A DNA stretch of 64,000 nucleotides from a virus (taxonomy: Duplodnaviria > Caudoviricetes): positions 1 through 64,000 of the IMG/VR virus record IMGVR_UViG_2928826531_000001, one strand, 5' to 3'. Every line of letters starts with the position of its first letter. Within the stretch, counting starts at the first letter, position 1. This document shows, piece by piece, positions 54,924 through 64,000 of this stretch. The notes below the pieces were generated by a model. It was not told where the DNA came from and did not search any database. It saw nothing but the letters and a program-made list of their open reading frames with translations. The position numbers and the translations under genes were made by a program.

Positions 54924-56020
54924 CGACCATCGTTCTGCATGGCCGCCTGCGTCGTGAGTTTGGCGGCCCCTTCGTCCTGCAGGTCTGCTCGGCCGCCGAG
55001 GCGGCGCGTATGCTAATCGCCCAGGTGCCCGGCTTTCGCGCTGCGCTTCGCGAGGGCTACTACCGCATCGTCTACGGTCCCAAGGCGGCGGTGAAGCGCG
55101 GACGCACGATGGGGGGATACGAGATCGGCGAGTCCGATCTGACCCTGCGCACCGGAGCCGAGGCGATCCACTTCGTCCCGGTCGCGGCCGGCGCCGGGCG
55201 CGGCGCGGGCAAGACGATTCTTGGCGCCGTGATCGCTGTAGTCGCGGTTGTTGCGGCGGTATACACCGGCGGCGCCTCGCTGAGCGCGCTCGGAGGCTCC
55301 ATCGCTGGCACCGGCATCACCTATGGCTCGGTCGCTCTGTTCGGCATTTCGATGATGGTCGGCGGCATCTCACAGATGCTTTCGCCGATGCCCAAGGCGC
55401 CAAACGCCACCGAAACAGACAAGACGAACAGCTACCTACTCGGCGGGCAGCTCAACATTTACGAGCAGGGCGGCCCGGTGCCGCTGGTCTACGGACGCTA
55501 TCGCGTCGGCACGACGTTGGTCTCGGCGGGCCTCGATACCGCGATCATCATGGGCGGCGGCCCGGTCGGCACGCCGGCCGAGGGCGGCAGCGCCGGTGGC
55601 GACAGCCTGCCGACCATGGAGACGCCGGGCCCGGTCGACACCGATCGGCCGACGTACGGCCCGATCGTGCTGAAGCCCTCGGCCTCCGTCGTGACAGGCT
55701 TCCGCCTCTATTCGATCAGCAACGGCACCCTCACCAAAGCCGACGGTTCGCAGGTCGCGGCCGGCGAGGTGCTGACGCTTGATCAGGGGGCCGCCGGCCT
55801 GACCTTCACCGGCGCCGGCACCGTGGTCGACGGCTACTGGCCGAGGCCGCCGCGCTTCACAGTGCAGCAGATGGCCGGCGGCTCCCCCTATGGCGGTGAG
55901 GCGACCTTCGGCTCGACCGGCTCCTTCATCAGCAGCAGCGACGGCAGCGTGGGCGGCGGCTCGGCGGTCGGCGCCCCCGACAACGATGGTGGCCCTGGCC
56001 ACTCCGGCGGAATGTGGTGA
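54920..56020 (+). CDS. tail assembly protein I with a C-terminal extra domain
   Basis: I.LHG.L...FG; IH.VPV.AGAG; GGISQMLSP; SY...G..N...QG.PVPLVYG...VG...VSAG, then about 155 extra aa. Confidence 0.9.
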   Translation: MTTIVLHGRLRREFGGPFVLQVCSAAEAARMLIAQVPGFRAALREGYYRIVYGPKAAVKRGRTMGGYEIGESDLTLRTGAEAIHFVPVAAGAGRGAGKTILGAVIAVVAVVAAVYTGGASLSALGGSIAGTGITYGSVALFGISMMVGGISQMLSPMPKAPNATETDKTNSYLLGGQLNIYEQGGPVPLVYGRYRVGTTLVSAGLDTAIIMGGGPVGTPAEGGSAGGDSLPTMETPGPVDTDRPTYGPIVLKPSASVVTGFRLYSISNGTLTKADGSQVAAGEVLTLDQGAAGLTFTGAGTVVDGYWPRPPRFTVQQMAGGSPYGGEATFGSTGSFISSSDGSVGGGSAVGAPDNDGGPGHSGGMW

Positions 56021-56025
56021 GTCCG

Positions 56026-59000
56026 ATGACGGAAATGAATCTACGCGGCATCCTCGGCGCCGGTGGCGGCAAAAGCGGCGGGTCGTCCGGGGCGGGCGCC
56101 GTCGAGGATCCAAACAACCTGCAATCCAACACGATCGCCCGCTTCCTCGACGTCATCGCCGAGGGCGAAATTGGCGGCTTGGTGGACGGCGCGAAGTCGA
56201 TCTACATCAACGGCACGCCGCTGCAGGCGAGCGACGGCACCTACAATTTCGCGGGCGTCTCGTGGCAGTCGCGCAATGGCACGACCTGGCAGGCACCGGT
56301 CGCCGGGTTCAGCGACGTCGAGCACGAGGTCAACCTCAACAACCGCAAGATCACCGTCGCGGGCTCGCCCGGTCCGCTCATCACGACCATCGAGAATGGC
56401 ACCATCGACCGCTTGCGCGTCACGATGGCCGTCGACGCGCTGACGCAGCAGGACACCAGCAACGGCAACCTGCATGGTGCGGCGGTCCAGTACGCGATCG
56501 ACACCCGCCCGGAAGGCGGCGCCTGGACCGAGGTCCTGAACGACACCATCAGCGGCAAGACCACGTCGACCTTCCCCAAGGCTGTCTATGTGAGCAAGCC
56601 GGCCGGCGCGACTGGGCGGTGGGATTTCCGGGTCCGGCGCCTCACGCCGGACTCCACGACCGTCACGCTGCGCAACGACCTGTACGTCGTCAGCTACACC
56701 GAGATCACCGACAGCTGGCTGGTCTACCCCGACACTGCCCTGATGGCGGTGGAGATCGACGCCAAGCAGTTCGGCTCCAGCATTCCAGACCGCACCTACG
56801 AGGTGTGGGGGCGCAAGATCCGCGTGCCGGCCAACTACGACCCGGTCGCCCGCACATACGCGATCAGCGGGCCCGGAACGTCGGGGGGTATCTGGGATGG
56901 CAGCTTCAAACTGGCGGTGACCGACAACCCGGCCTGGGTTCTCTACGACCTGTTGACTGATGAGCGGGCGGGCCTCGGCGCGGTGTTCGGCGGATTGGCG
57001 CCGGATAAGGGCAGCTTCTACCAGATCGCCAAATATTGCGACGCTAGCATTCCCGATGGCTTCGGCGGCACGGAACCGCGCTTCCGCTGCTCGTGCGTCC
57101 TCAACACGCGGGAGGAGGCTTACAAGGTCCTCCAGTCGATCGCATCGAGCTTCCGCGGCATGCTCTATTGGGCGAGCGGCACGGTCTACGCAGCCGCCGA
57201 CATGCCGGCGGATCCGGCGAAGCTGGTCACGCCGGCCAACGTCATCGACGGCCTGATCAGTTACGAGGGCACGGCGCTCAAGGCCCGCCATTCGGTCGTC
57301 GCGGTGACATGGTACGACCCGGCCGACGGCTACAAGCCGGCCGTCGAGTTGGTCGAGGATCCGGAACTGATCGCGCTCTACGGCTGGCGGCAGGCTGACG
57401 TGACGGCCTACGGCTGCACCTCGCGCGGCCAGGCGCGCCGCCAGGGTCTGTGGGTCCTCAACAGCGAACGCTATGAGACCGAGACCGCGACCTGGACAGC
57501 CGCCCTCGACCACGCCGACGTGAAACCGGGCGACATCGTGGAGATCCGCGACCCGGTGCGGGCCGGCGTGCGCTTCGGCGGACGACTGGCGGGCGTCACC
57601 GACGCGCACCGGGTCACGCTCGACGCTCCCGTCGATCTGGCTGCCGGACACAGCTATCAGCTTTCTGTGATGCTGCCCACCGGCGCCGTCGAGTCCCGCC
57701 CGGTGGTCACCGACGGGCAGGCCAAGACGCTGCTGACGCTCGACCTCGACACGCCCTACTCGATGACGCCGGAGGTCGGCAAGGTGTGGGCGCTGGTCGG
57801 CACCGACGTATCGTCGTCGCTGTGGCGCGTCGTCGCCAACCAGCAGAGCGAGGCGCACCTCTACAAGATCACCGCGCTCAAGCACGACAGCACCAAATAC
57901 GCGCGCATCGAGCTGGGCCTCAAGATCGACCCGCTGGCCTACACGCGCCTGACCACCGGCGACGCAGTTCCGGCCCCGCAGAACGTCACCGTCACCAAGC
58001 AGACCTACTCGGTGCCGGGCGGGCTGCGCACCCGCTTCCTGTTGAGCTGGTCGCCGCCGAACAGCGCCATCGTGTCCGCCTACCAGGTGCAGTACGAGAC
58101 GCCGTCCGGCCTGTGGGTCGACGCCGGCAAGATCGTCACCGTCAGCTACGAGATCAACGACCTTGAGATCGGCAGCTACCGCTTCCGCGTCCGCTCGCTG
58201 ACCAAGGACAACCGCGGCTCCAGCTGGGTGATGGCGTCGTCGACGGTCGCCGCGACGGACGAGGAGTTCGCCGCGCCGCCGCAGACGCCGACCCAGCTGA
58301 CGCTGAACACCAGCGTCTACGAGGACGAGCGCGCCGGCACGACGCTGGTCGCGCTCGGCGCCGCCTGGGTGCCCGGCTTCGACAGCGACATCAAGCATTT
58401 TGAGGTCGCGCACAAGCGCACCAGCGACACCGAGTGGACGGTCGACCGCACCACCGACACGGTGAAGACCTGGTGGGTCGACGCCGGCACCGAGTACCAC
58501 GTCAAGGTGCGCGCGGTCGATCTGCTCGACCAGCCCTCGGCCTACACCGCGGACGCCGTCATCACCTCGGCGATTCCGCTGACCAAGCCGAGCGCCCCGG
58601 CGCTGAGCGACGCCACGCTGAACGAGCACAACCTCGGCGAAACGACGGTGCGGCGTAAGGTCGACGTGCACTGGGCGGCCAACCCGGTCGAGGAGCGCGT
58701 CAGCTCCTACATCGTCATGGTCGGCAGCGCCGCGCTGCAGGGCGGCTTCGAGATGCCGGCCACCGGCACGTCCTACAGCTACGAGTGGACGGGCTCGCGC
58801 GGGCCCGGCTACACGCACGTCCGTGTCAGAGCCGTCAACGTCAAGGGCCAGAAGTCGGATTGGTCGGCCTGGTTCCCGTTGACCGTCGTCGCCGACACCA
58901 CGCCGCCGGCCGACCCGACCGGCCTGACCGCCTCGCCCGGCCTGCGCCTGCTCAACTGGTCCTGGACGAACCCGACCGACGACGACTTCGCCGGCGTTGA

Positions 59001-62000
59001 GGTCTACGTCTCGGCGACGAGCGCCCGGCCGGCGACGCCGGTCACCACGACCTTCCTGTCGCAGTACACGATCACCGACCTGCCGGCCAACGCGCGCCGG
59101 TACCTGTGGCTGCGCGCCAAGGACGCCAGCGACAATTTCGGCAACTTCGTCGGCCCGGCCGCGGTCACGACCGGCGCCATCGTCGCCGGCGACTTCGACG
59201 CCGGGGCGCCGGCGACGCCGACCGGGCTGGCCCTGGCGCAGAACAACGCGCCGCTGGCCGACGGCACGCTGTCGACGCGCCTGAACATCACCTGGACCGC
59301 CAACAGCGAATCTGACCTCGACGGCTACGAGCTGGAGGTGCGTGAGGGGCTGACCGCCGGCTGGCCGGGCAACGCCGCCACGCCGACCGGCATTCCGGCG
59401 GGCAACACGACGGCCTACGCGCTCACCGTGCGCGCGGGCTTCACCTACGGCGTCAAGATCCGCGCCAAGGACTTCCTCGGCCAGACCTCGGGCTGGTCGG
59501 CGGAGGTCGTGCTCGGCGTCACCGGCGACGCGGTTGGCCCGGCCAAGCCGACCGGCGTGCAGACGACCGCGCTATTCCAGGCGATCCGCGTCGACTGGGT
59601 GAACCCGAGCGACGCCGACTTCGACCAGGTGCGCGTCTGGGCCAACACGAGCAGCGACGCCGCGACGAAGACGCTGGTCTGGGAGGGCCACGCCTCGTCC
59701 TTCACACACGAGGTCAACACCGCCGGGGCGACGCGCTACTACTGGCTCGAAGCGCTCGATATCAGCGGCAACCCGTCGGGCTTCACCGGCCCGTACAGCG
59801 CGACGACCGCGACCCTGTCGGCCGGCAGCTTCGCGTCCGACGCCCAGCCGGTGAAGACCGTCACCGCCAACCCGCTTGCCGCCGGCAACCTGAACAACGG
59901 CAGCCTCGGCGGCGGCGCGACGACGATCAGCTACGGCGGCCGCCTCTACACCTGGGATGGCGCGAAGTGGGTCGACGCGGTTAGCGCGAGCAACCTCTCC
60001 GGCCAGATCGGTGACGGCCAGATCAGTGGCGTCAGCACGGGCAAGCTGTCCGGCACGATCGCCGACAACCAGATCGCCGGGCTCAGCGCGGCCAAGGTCA
60101 CGGGCGACCTGACCAACGCCCAGATCAACGTCAGCAAGCTCCAGGGCCAGATCGCCAACAGCCAGCTCGGCACCGGGATCGACGCCGCCAAGCTGTCGGG
60201 CGACATCACCAACGCCACCATGGCGGCCGGCAAGATCACCGGGCAGATCACGCAGACCCAGATCACCGACGGCGCCATCAGCACGCCGAAGCTGGCGGCG
60301 GGCTCGGTGGTCGCTTCCAAGCTGGCCGTCGTTCCGAACAACCTGTGCCCCGATCCGTTGTTCCTCGACCAGTCCTTCTGGACGCCGGACGCGGGCGGCT
60401 GGTTCTTCGAGAAGACTACCAACGCGAACGAACTCGGCACCTTCTCCTACGTCGTCCTGTGGGATGGGTCCTACACCGGGTCCGCGCGCAGGCACGTCTG
60501 GTCACCCGCGCTACCCTACGCGGGGGCCAACCGCACGCTGCGTTTCCGCGCCCGCGGTGCGGTGACCAACACCACGCAGACGGTCTACGCCGGGGTTCAG
60601 TGTTGGGACAATGCCAACAACTTCCTCGCCATGACCTCGGTGTCCTGGGGAGCGAGCCCGGCCGGAACGGGTGTGAGTGTTCAGGAAAGCACCATCGTCG
60701 TCCCGGCGAACACAGCGCTCCTGAAACTCGTGGTCTTCCAGGACGGCACCGCGCCTTGGAAGGGCGTCGCCAAAGTCTCCGAGGTGGAGCTGTGCGAGGC
60801 CGCCACCGCCTCGATGATCGTCGATGGCGCCGTCGTGGCCGGCAAGATCGCCACCAACGCGGTGACCGCCGGCACCGTCGCGGCCGGCGTGATCTCGGCG
60901 CGGGAGATCCAGACCGGGGCCATCACGGCGTCGAAGATCGGCGTGACCGATCTCACGAACTTGGTGCCCAACAATCTGTTCGACGACAACGCCGCCGGCT
61001 GGTATCGCGCGAGCGGGCAGCCGGTGTCGCTGCTCACGACTTGGGGCGCCGACTGGGGACCGAACGGCGCGCTGCGCGTCGAGCCCAACGAATGGCACTA
61101 CTCGCCGCGCTTCGAGGTCGAGCCTCTGCGCGAATACTATGTGTCGTCCTACATCACGACCAACAACACCGGCCTGGTCGACCTGTTCATCGACTTCCTC
61201 GACAAGAACGGAGGCTTCCTCTCCAACGCCCAGCTGATCACCTCCAAGCCGTTTCCGGACAACTCCACGATCTCCGGCTCCTTCACGGTTCCGGCGAACA
61301 CCTTCTACGCGCGGGTCTGCTACCGGAAGTCCGTCAACTACATGGCGGTCGGTCATCCAACCGTCCGCATGAAGAACAACGGCAGCTTGATCGTCGACGG
61401 GACGATCCAGTCCAACCATGTCGCGTCCCAGGCGATCACCACCAGCAAGCTGCTGGTCGCCTCGACCGGCGCGGCGCTCAACGCCGACCCGAGCCTGCTG
61501 GACATTTCGGCGTGGCAGTATTGGGACGGCGGATCGGCCCAGGCGCTTTTCACGATGGTGAGCGATGGCGCGGCCGGCAACAACGTCGTCCGCTCCCTGG
61601 GCGGCCACGTCAACGGGACGTGGATGTATGCCCGGCAGCGCATCGCGGTCGACCCGACAAAGTCCTACCGGGTGCGCTGCCTCGCGCGCCGGTCCTCCGA
61701 CGCGACCGGCCTCTTCTACATGGGCGTCGCGGCGTTCGACTTCCAAGGCAACAACCTGGACAGCGGCGGCAACGGCGGCCGCGGTGGCAGCCAGTGGTTC
61801 TACGCCGCGTCGGCGGTGACGCCCGGCACGGGCTGGACGACCTACGTCGGCCGCTTTGGCGCCGGGACTGACCTGCCGATCCCGAGCAACGTCAAGACCA
61901 TCAGCCCGCTGTTCATTTTGAACTACGGCTCCGGCGCGGCTGGCTACATGGAGGTCCAGGACCTCCGCCTGGAAGAGTGCGTCCCCGGCTCGCTGATCGT

Positions 62001-64000
62001 GGACGGCGCCATCACCGGCGACAAGGTGGCGGCAAACGCCATCTCGGCCCGGCACATCGTCATCTCCGACGCCGAGAACCTGATCCCGGACAACGCCTTC
62101 CTGGACGCCAACTCCTGGGTTTACGCCGGCACTTGGGCGGGACCCGCTGCGGGCCGCGTCGGGTTGGCGGCGGTCTCGGGGTGGCGCACGGCCTACGGCT
62201 ACGAGTTCCGCTCCTACGAAGGCAACATCTGCTCGCAACCCTTCACGATGATCCCTGGGGACCAGTATCGGTTCGGGTTCCAGGGCTGGTCGAACTCCAG
62301 CGACATCTCCATCGAGATGTGGGTTCACAACGAAGAGACCGACTACTGGTATCGCCTCGGCTTCTGGTATCCGAACGGCAGTCTTGTCGATTACGCCTTC
62401 ACCTGGACGGCGCCGTCTGATCTTCGCCGCGCTCGCTTCCACCTGATCCGCCGTGGCGGGACCAGCGCCACCAACGTTTGGGCGACGGTCGCGGCCCCTT
62501 ACTGCCGGCGTCTGAACGGCGGCGAGCTAATCGTCGATGGCGCGGTGACCGCCAACAAGATCGGCGCGCTCGCGGTCACCGGCGACAAGGTCGCGGCGGG
62601 CACGCTGACGGTCGACAAGCTCGCCGTTTTCTCGACCGGCAACTTGATGGCCGGGGCGGACCTGTCCGCCGGCAAGACCTATTGGAATCTCAGCTGGAAC
62701 CAGAACAACAACCCGCATGACTTCGGTCAGGATGGTCCCGACGCCAATTGGTATCCGGTCGGTGGGCACTCGCTGTTCGTCCACCAGACCAGCGGCGGTG
62801 CTGGGATCATCGATTACAAGTATATGCACCCGAGTGTCGGCGGCCTCTCCGAGCGCGTTCCCGTCGAGCCTGGAAAGTATGTCGAGTTCAGCTTCTACGC
62901 CCTCGCGCACCGCTGCTCCGTGGTGGCGCTGCTCATCTTCGATGACGCCAACGGCAACTACATCACGGAAATTCCGTCTGCCCCCTGCACCACGCCGGGG
63001 ACGAACGGGAAGCAGTTGTCGCTTTGGGTTCGCCTCTGGGTCAAGGCCCAGGTGCCGAGCAACGCCGCGACCGTGCGCCTCATCATGCGCAAGAGCGGCA
63101 CCGACGCCGGGCAGAGCGACAGCTGGGCCTTCTGGACGCATCCCTTCTACGGGTATTGCGGCGCGAACGCCACGGAGCCCCAACCCTGGCAGCCGGGCGG
63201 CTCGACCGCGATCTCCGGCGCGAGCCTGGTCACCGGTTCCATCGTCGCCGACAAGCTGGCGGTGAACTCCGTCACGGCCAATGCCATTGCTGCTGGCGCG
63301 GTCACCGTTGACAAGCTGGCGGCGAACAGCATCACCGCGACCAAGCTGGCGCTCGGCGATCTGACCAACCTCGTCCCGGACAACAACCTGGACGAAATGT
63401 CGTGGGGCAACTGGAACGCCAATGGCTCGCTGACCAGGGTCAACGCGACGGGTGACTGGCGGGCCACGCGGATTTTCCAGGTGGATATGCCTGGAAACGA
63501 CTGGTGCCATGTCGCCTCCGGCAATTTTCGCGTCGAGCCGGGTAAATCCTACCGCATCTCCGGCATGTTCCAGAGGAACGGGTCGGCGACGGGGACTGCG
63601 ACGATCTATGTGGATTGGCTCACCTGGGACGGGCAGTGGATTTACAACGCGGGCAACTGGGACCAGTCGGTGGGGAACACCGGCCCGCAGGAAATCGCCG
63701 CAACGCTCGTTGCTCCAGCCAACGCGGCGTTTGCCCGTCTGCTCTACCGTATCGGCAGCACGGCGACCGGCCGGTGGTTCTTCGGCGGCGCCATCGTCAA
63801 GCGGCTGTATGGCGGCGAGCTGATCGTCGACGGGACGATCACCACCAACCACATGGGCGCCAACACGATCAACGGCGATCGGATCACCGGCGGCACCATC
63901 GCCGGCGACAAGATCACCGCCGGCACGATCACCGGCGACCGCCTGGCGCTCGGCTTCGCGAAGATGGACGCAATCCGCGTCGTCGGGCACAGCAACAACG
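56026..64000 (+). CDS. tail tip/host-specificity protein J, >2650 aa, 3' end outside the window
   Basis: Frame +1 read by eye without a stop: GAGGGKSGG...EDPNNLQS..ARFLDVIAEGEIGGL; TDNPAWVLYDLL; GCTSRGQARR; FN3-like repeats; six CBM-like modules. Confidence 0.93.
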   Translation, partial: MTEMNLRGILGAGGGKSGGSSGAGAVEDPNNLQSNTIARFLDVIAEGEIGGLVDGAKSIYINGTPLQASDGTYNFAGVSWQSRNGTTWQAPVAGFSDVEHEVNLNNRKITVAGSPGPLITTIENGTIDRLRVTMAVDALTQQDTSNGNLHGAAVQYAIDTRPEGGAWTEVLNDTISGKTTSTFPKAVYVSKPAGATGRWDFRVRRLTPDSTTVTLRNDLYVVSYTEITDSWLVYPDTALMAVEIDAKQFGSSIPDRTYEVWGRKIRVPANYDPVARTYAISGPGTSGGIWDGSFKLAVTDNPAWVLYDLLTDERAGLGAVFGGLAPDKGSFYQIAKYCDASIPDGFGGTEPRFRCSCVLNTREEAYKVLQSIASSFRGMLYWASGTVYAAADMPADPAKLVTPANVIDGLISYEGTALKARHSVVAVTWYDPADGYKPAVELVEDPELIALYGWRQADVTAYGCTSRGQARRQGLWVLNSERYETETATWTAALDHADVKPGDIVEIRDPVRAGVRFGGRLAGVTDAHRVTLDAPVDLAAGHSYQLSVMLPTGAVESRPVVTDGQAKTLLTLDLDTPYSMTPEVGKVWALVGTDVSSSLWRVVANQQSEAHLYKITALKHDSTKYARIELGLKIDPLAYTRLTTGDAVPAPQNVTVTKQTYSVPGGLRTRFLLSWSPPNSAIVSAYQVQYETPSGLWVDAGKIVTVSYEINDLEIGSYRFRVRSLTKDNRGSSWVMASSTVAATDEEFAAPPQTPTQLTLNTSVYEDERAGTTLVALGAAWVPGFDSDIKHFEVAHKRTSDTEWTVDRTTDTVKTWWVDAGTEYHVKVRAVDLLDQPSAYTADAVITSAIPLTKPSAPALSDATLNEHNLGETTVRRKVDVHWAANPVEERVSSYIVMVGSAALQGGFEMPATGTSYSYEWTGSRGPGYTHVRVRAVNVKGQKSDWSAWFPLTVVADTTPPADPTGLTASPGLRLLNWSWTNPTDDDFAGVEVYVSATSARPATPVTTTFLSQYTITDLPANARRYLWLRAKDASDNFGNFVGPAAVTTGAIVAGDFDAGAPATPTGLALAQNNAPLADGTLSTRLNITWTANSESDLDGYELEVREGLTAGWPGNAATPTGIPAGNTTAYALTVRAGFTYGVKIRAKDFLGQTSGWSAEVVLGVTGDAVGPAKPTGVQTTALFQAIRVDWVNPSDADFDQVRVWANTSSDAATKTLVWEGHASSFTHEVNTAGATRYYWLEALDISGNPSGFTGPYSATTATLSAGSFASDAQPVKTVTANPLAAGNLNNGSLGGGATTISYGGRLYTWDGAKWVDAVSASNLSGQIGDGQISGVSTGKLSGTIADNQIAGLSAAKVTGDLTNAQINVSKLQGQIANSQLGTGIDAAKLSGDITNATMAAGKITGQITQTQITDGAISTPKLAAGSVVASKLAVVPNNLCPDPLFLDQSFWTPDAGGWFFEKTTNANELGTFSYVVLWDGSYTGSARRHVWSPALPYAGANRTLRFRARGAVTNTTQTVYAGVQCWDNANNFLAMTSVSWGASPAGTGVSVQESTIVVPANTALLKLVVFQDGTAPWKGVAKVSEVELCEAATASMIVDGAVVAGKIATNAVTAGTVAAGVISAREIQTGAITASKIGVTDLTNLVPNNLFDDNAAGWYRASGQPVSLLTTWGADWGPNGALRVEPNEWHYSPRFEVEPLREYYVSSYITTNNTGLVDLFIDFLDKNGGFLSNAQLITSKPFPDNSTISGSFTVPANTFYARVCYRKSVNYMAVGHPTVRMKNNGSLIVDGTIQSNHVASQAITTSKLLVASTGAALNADPSLLDISAWQYWDGGSAQALFTMVSDGAAGNNVVRSLGGHVNGTWMYARQRIAVDPTKSYRVRCLARRSSDATGLFYMGVAAFDFQGNNLDSGGNGGRGGSQWFYAASAVTPGTGWTTYVGRFGAGTDLPIPSNVKTISPLFILNYGSGAAGYMEVQDLRLEECVPGSLIVDGAITGDKVAANAISARHIVISDAENLIPDNAFLDANSWVYAGTWAGPAAGRVGLAAVSGWRTAYGYEFRSYEGNICSQPFTMIPGDQYRFGFQGWSNSSDISIEMWVHNEETDYWYRLGFWYPNGSLVDYAFTWTAPSDLRRARFHLIRRGGTSATNVWATVAAPYCRRLNGGELIVDGAVTANKIGALAVTGDKVAAGTLTVDKLAVFSTGNLMAGADLSAGKTYWNLSWNQNNNPHDFGQDGPDANWYPVGGHSLFVHQTSGGAGIIDYKYMHPSVGGLSERVPVEPGKYVEFSFYALAHRCSVVALLIFDDANGNYITEIPSAPCTTPGTNGKQLSLWVRLWVKAQVPSNAATVRLIMRKSGTDAGQSDSWAFWTHPFYGYCGANATEPQPWQPGGSTAISGASLVTGSIVADKLAVNSVTANAIAAGAVTVDKLAANSITATKLALGDLTNLVPDNNLDEMSWGNWNANGSLTRVNATGDWRATRIFQVDMPGNDWCHVASGNFRVEPGKSYRISGMFQRNGSATGTATIYVDWLTWDGQWIYNAGNWDQSVGNTGPQEIAATLVAPANAAFARLLYRIGSTATGRWFFGGAIVKRLYGGELIVDGTITTNHMGANTINGDRITGGTIAGDKITAGTITGDRLALGFAKMDAIRVVGHSNN

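Noticed and set aside
55890-57398. ORF-track plus-strand fragments suggesting a broken J gene
   Set aside because: The real frame starts at 56026 and appears open to the window end; the track omits it because it has no stop codon.
60300-64000. Diversity-generating retroelement or shufflon acting on J
   Set aside because: No reverse transcriptase, invertase or near-identical TR/VR pair is visible in the window; all modules are in one frame.

Overview
High-GC temperate siphophage/prophage segment of an alphaproteobacterium (host class inferred from GapR, DUF6456, a TP901-1-type tail tube and promoter style; Azospirillum-like is only a guess). Left to right: (1) early/replication operon (CII-like, VRR-NUC, GapR, two tandem MT-A70 methyltransferases, DUF1376 initiator with iterons, DUF4031, DUF6456); (2) a lower-GC moron with two paralogous secreted Cys-rich proteins; (3) an island of polyvalent proteins (LPD29-like + N6-MTase; DUF3560) with its own operator motif and about 8 oriented repeats, ending at a lambda-like cos site (~19.4 kb) that lies 9.3 kb upstream of terS; (4) an accessory block (DUF1643, DUF5131, TAXI, Acb2/Tad1-like, ParB-like); (5) lambda-type head genes; (6) a phosphoesterase/DUF1937/dNMP-kinase trio and a DUF4160-DUF2442 toxin-antitoxin pair; (7) tail genes with a -1 frameshift chaperone; (8) a moron with a DUF3800 gene facing a structured ncRNA, plus an HTH fused to a collapsed MTase; (9) tape measure, M, L, K, I and a very large modular J protein that runs off the window. 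No integrase, repressor, endolysin, tRNA or CRISPR array was recognised. All family assignments come from motif recognition by eye, not from database searches.
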